Of a DNA stretch of 64,000 nucleotides, positions 46,426 to 64,000 are shown one piece after another. The notes beneath the pieces were generated by a model. That model was not told where the DNA came from. It saw only the letters and a list, made by a program, of their open reading frames with translations, and made no database searches. Position numbers and translations under genes: made by a program. Position 1 is the first letter of the stretch; each line of letters begins with the position of its first letter. Origin of the DNA: Chrysomallon squamiferum (Eukaryota > Animalia > Mollusca); contig CM022668.1 in the NCBI GenBank assembly GCA_012295275.1, positions 9,672,001-9,736,000 on the forward strand, in the 5' to 3' direction.

Positions 46426-64000
<17,575 letters not shown>

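Overview
AT-rich, microsatellite-dense animal genomic DNA. The protein sequences and repeat style suggest an invertebrate, plausibly a mollusc (inference). Most entries in the ORF track are microsatellite artefacts. Assembling exons by hand gives five recognisable intron-containing genes: (1) the 3' part of a DPP4/FAP-family dipeptidyl peptidase (+, <446-5150; catalytic triad intact, two 1-bp frame breaks); (2) GORAB (-, 15551-12151); (3) CCNB1IP1/HEI10 (+, 15930-19927), head-to-head with GORAB and carrying two U12-type-looking introns next to microexons; (4) an RSPH4A/RSPH6A-like radial spoke head gene (+, 21651-31578) with three microexons; (5) a TMC1/2/3-subfamily channel gene (+, 46426->64000) with one 1-bp frame break. 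Between RSPH and TMC lie a candidate spliced antisense non-coding transcript, an orphan basic 180-aa ORF, a dimeric satellite and a promoter-like motif cluster. The most interesting signals are: an apparent internal promoter plus in-frame alternative first exon in a late TMC intron, which would give a TM10-plus-tail-only TMC peptide; an inverted copy of a DPP4 exon/intron junction inside a TMC intron 49 kb away, one of several microsatellite-anchored local duplications; an 18-bp minisatellite forming an array of AG|GT decoy splice sites; and a periodic CRE cluster in the first TMC coding intron. All coordinates were read manually and may be off by a base or two.
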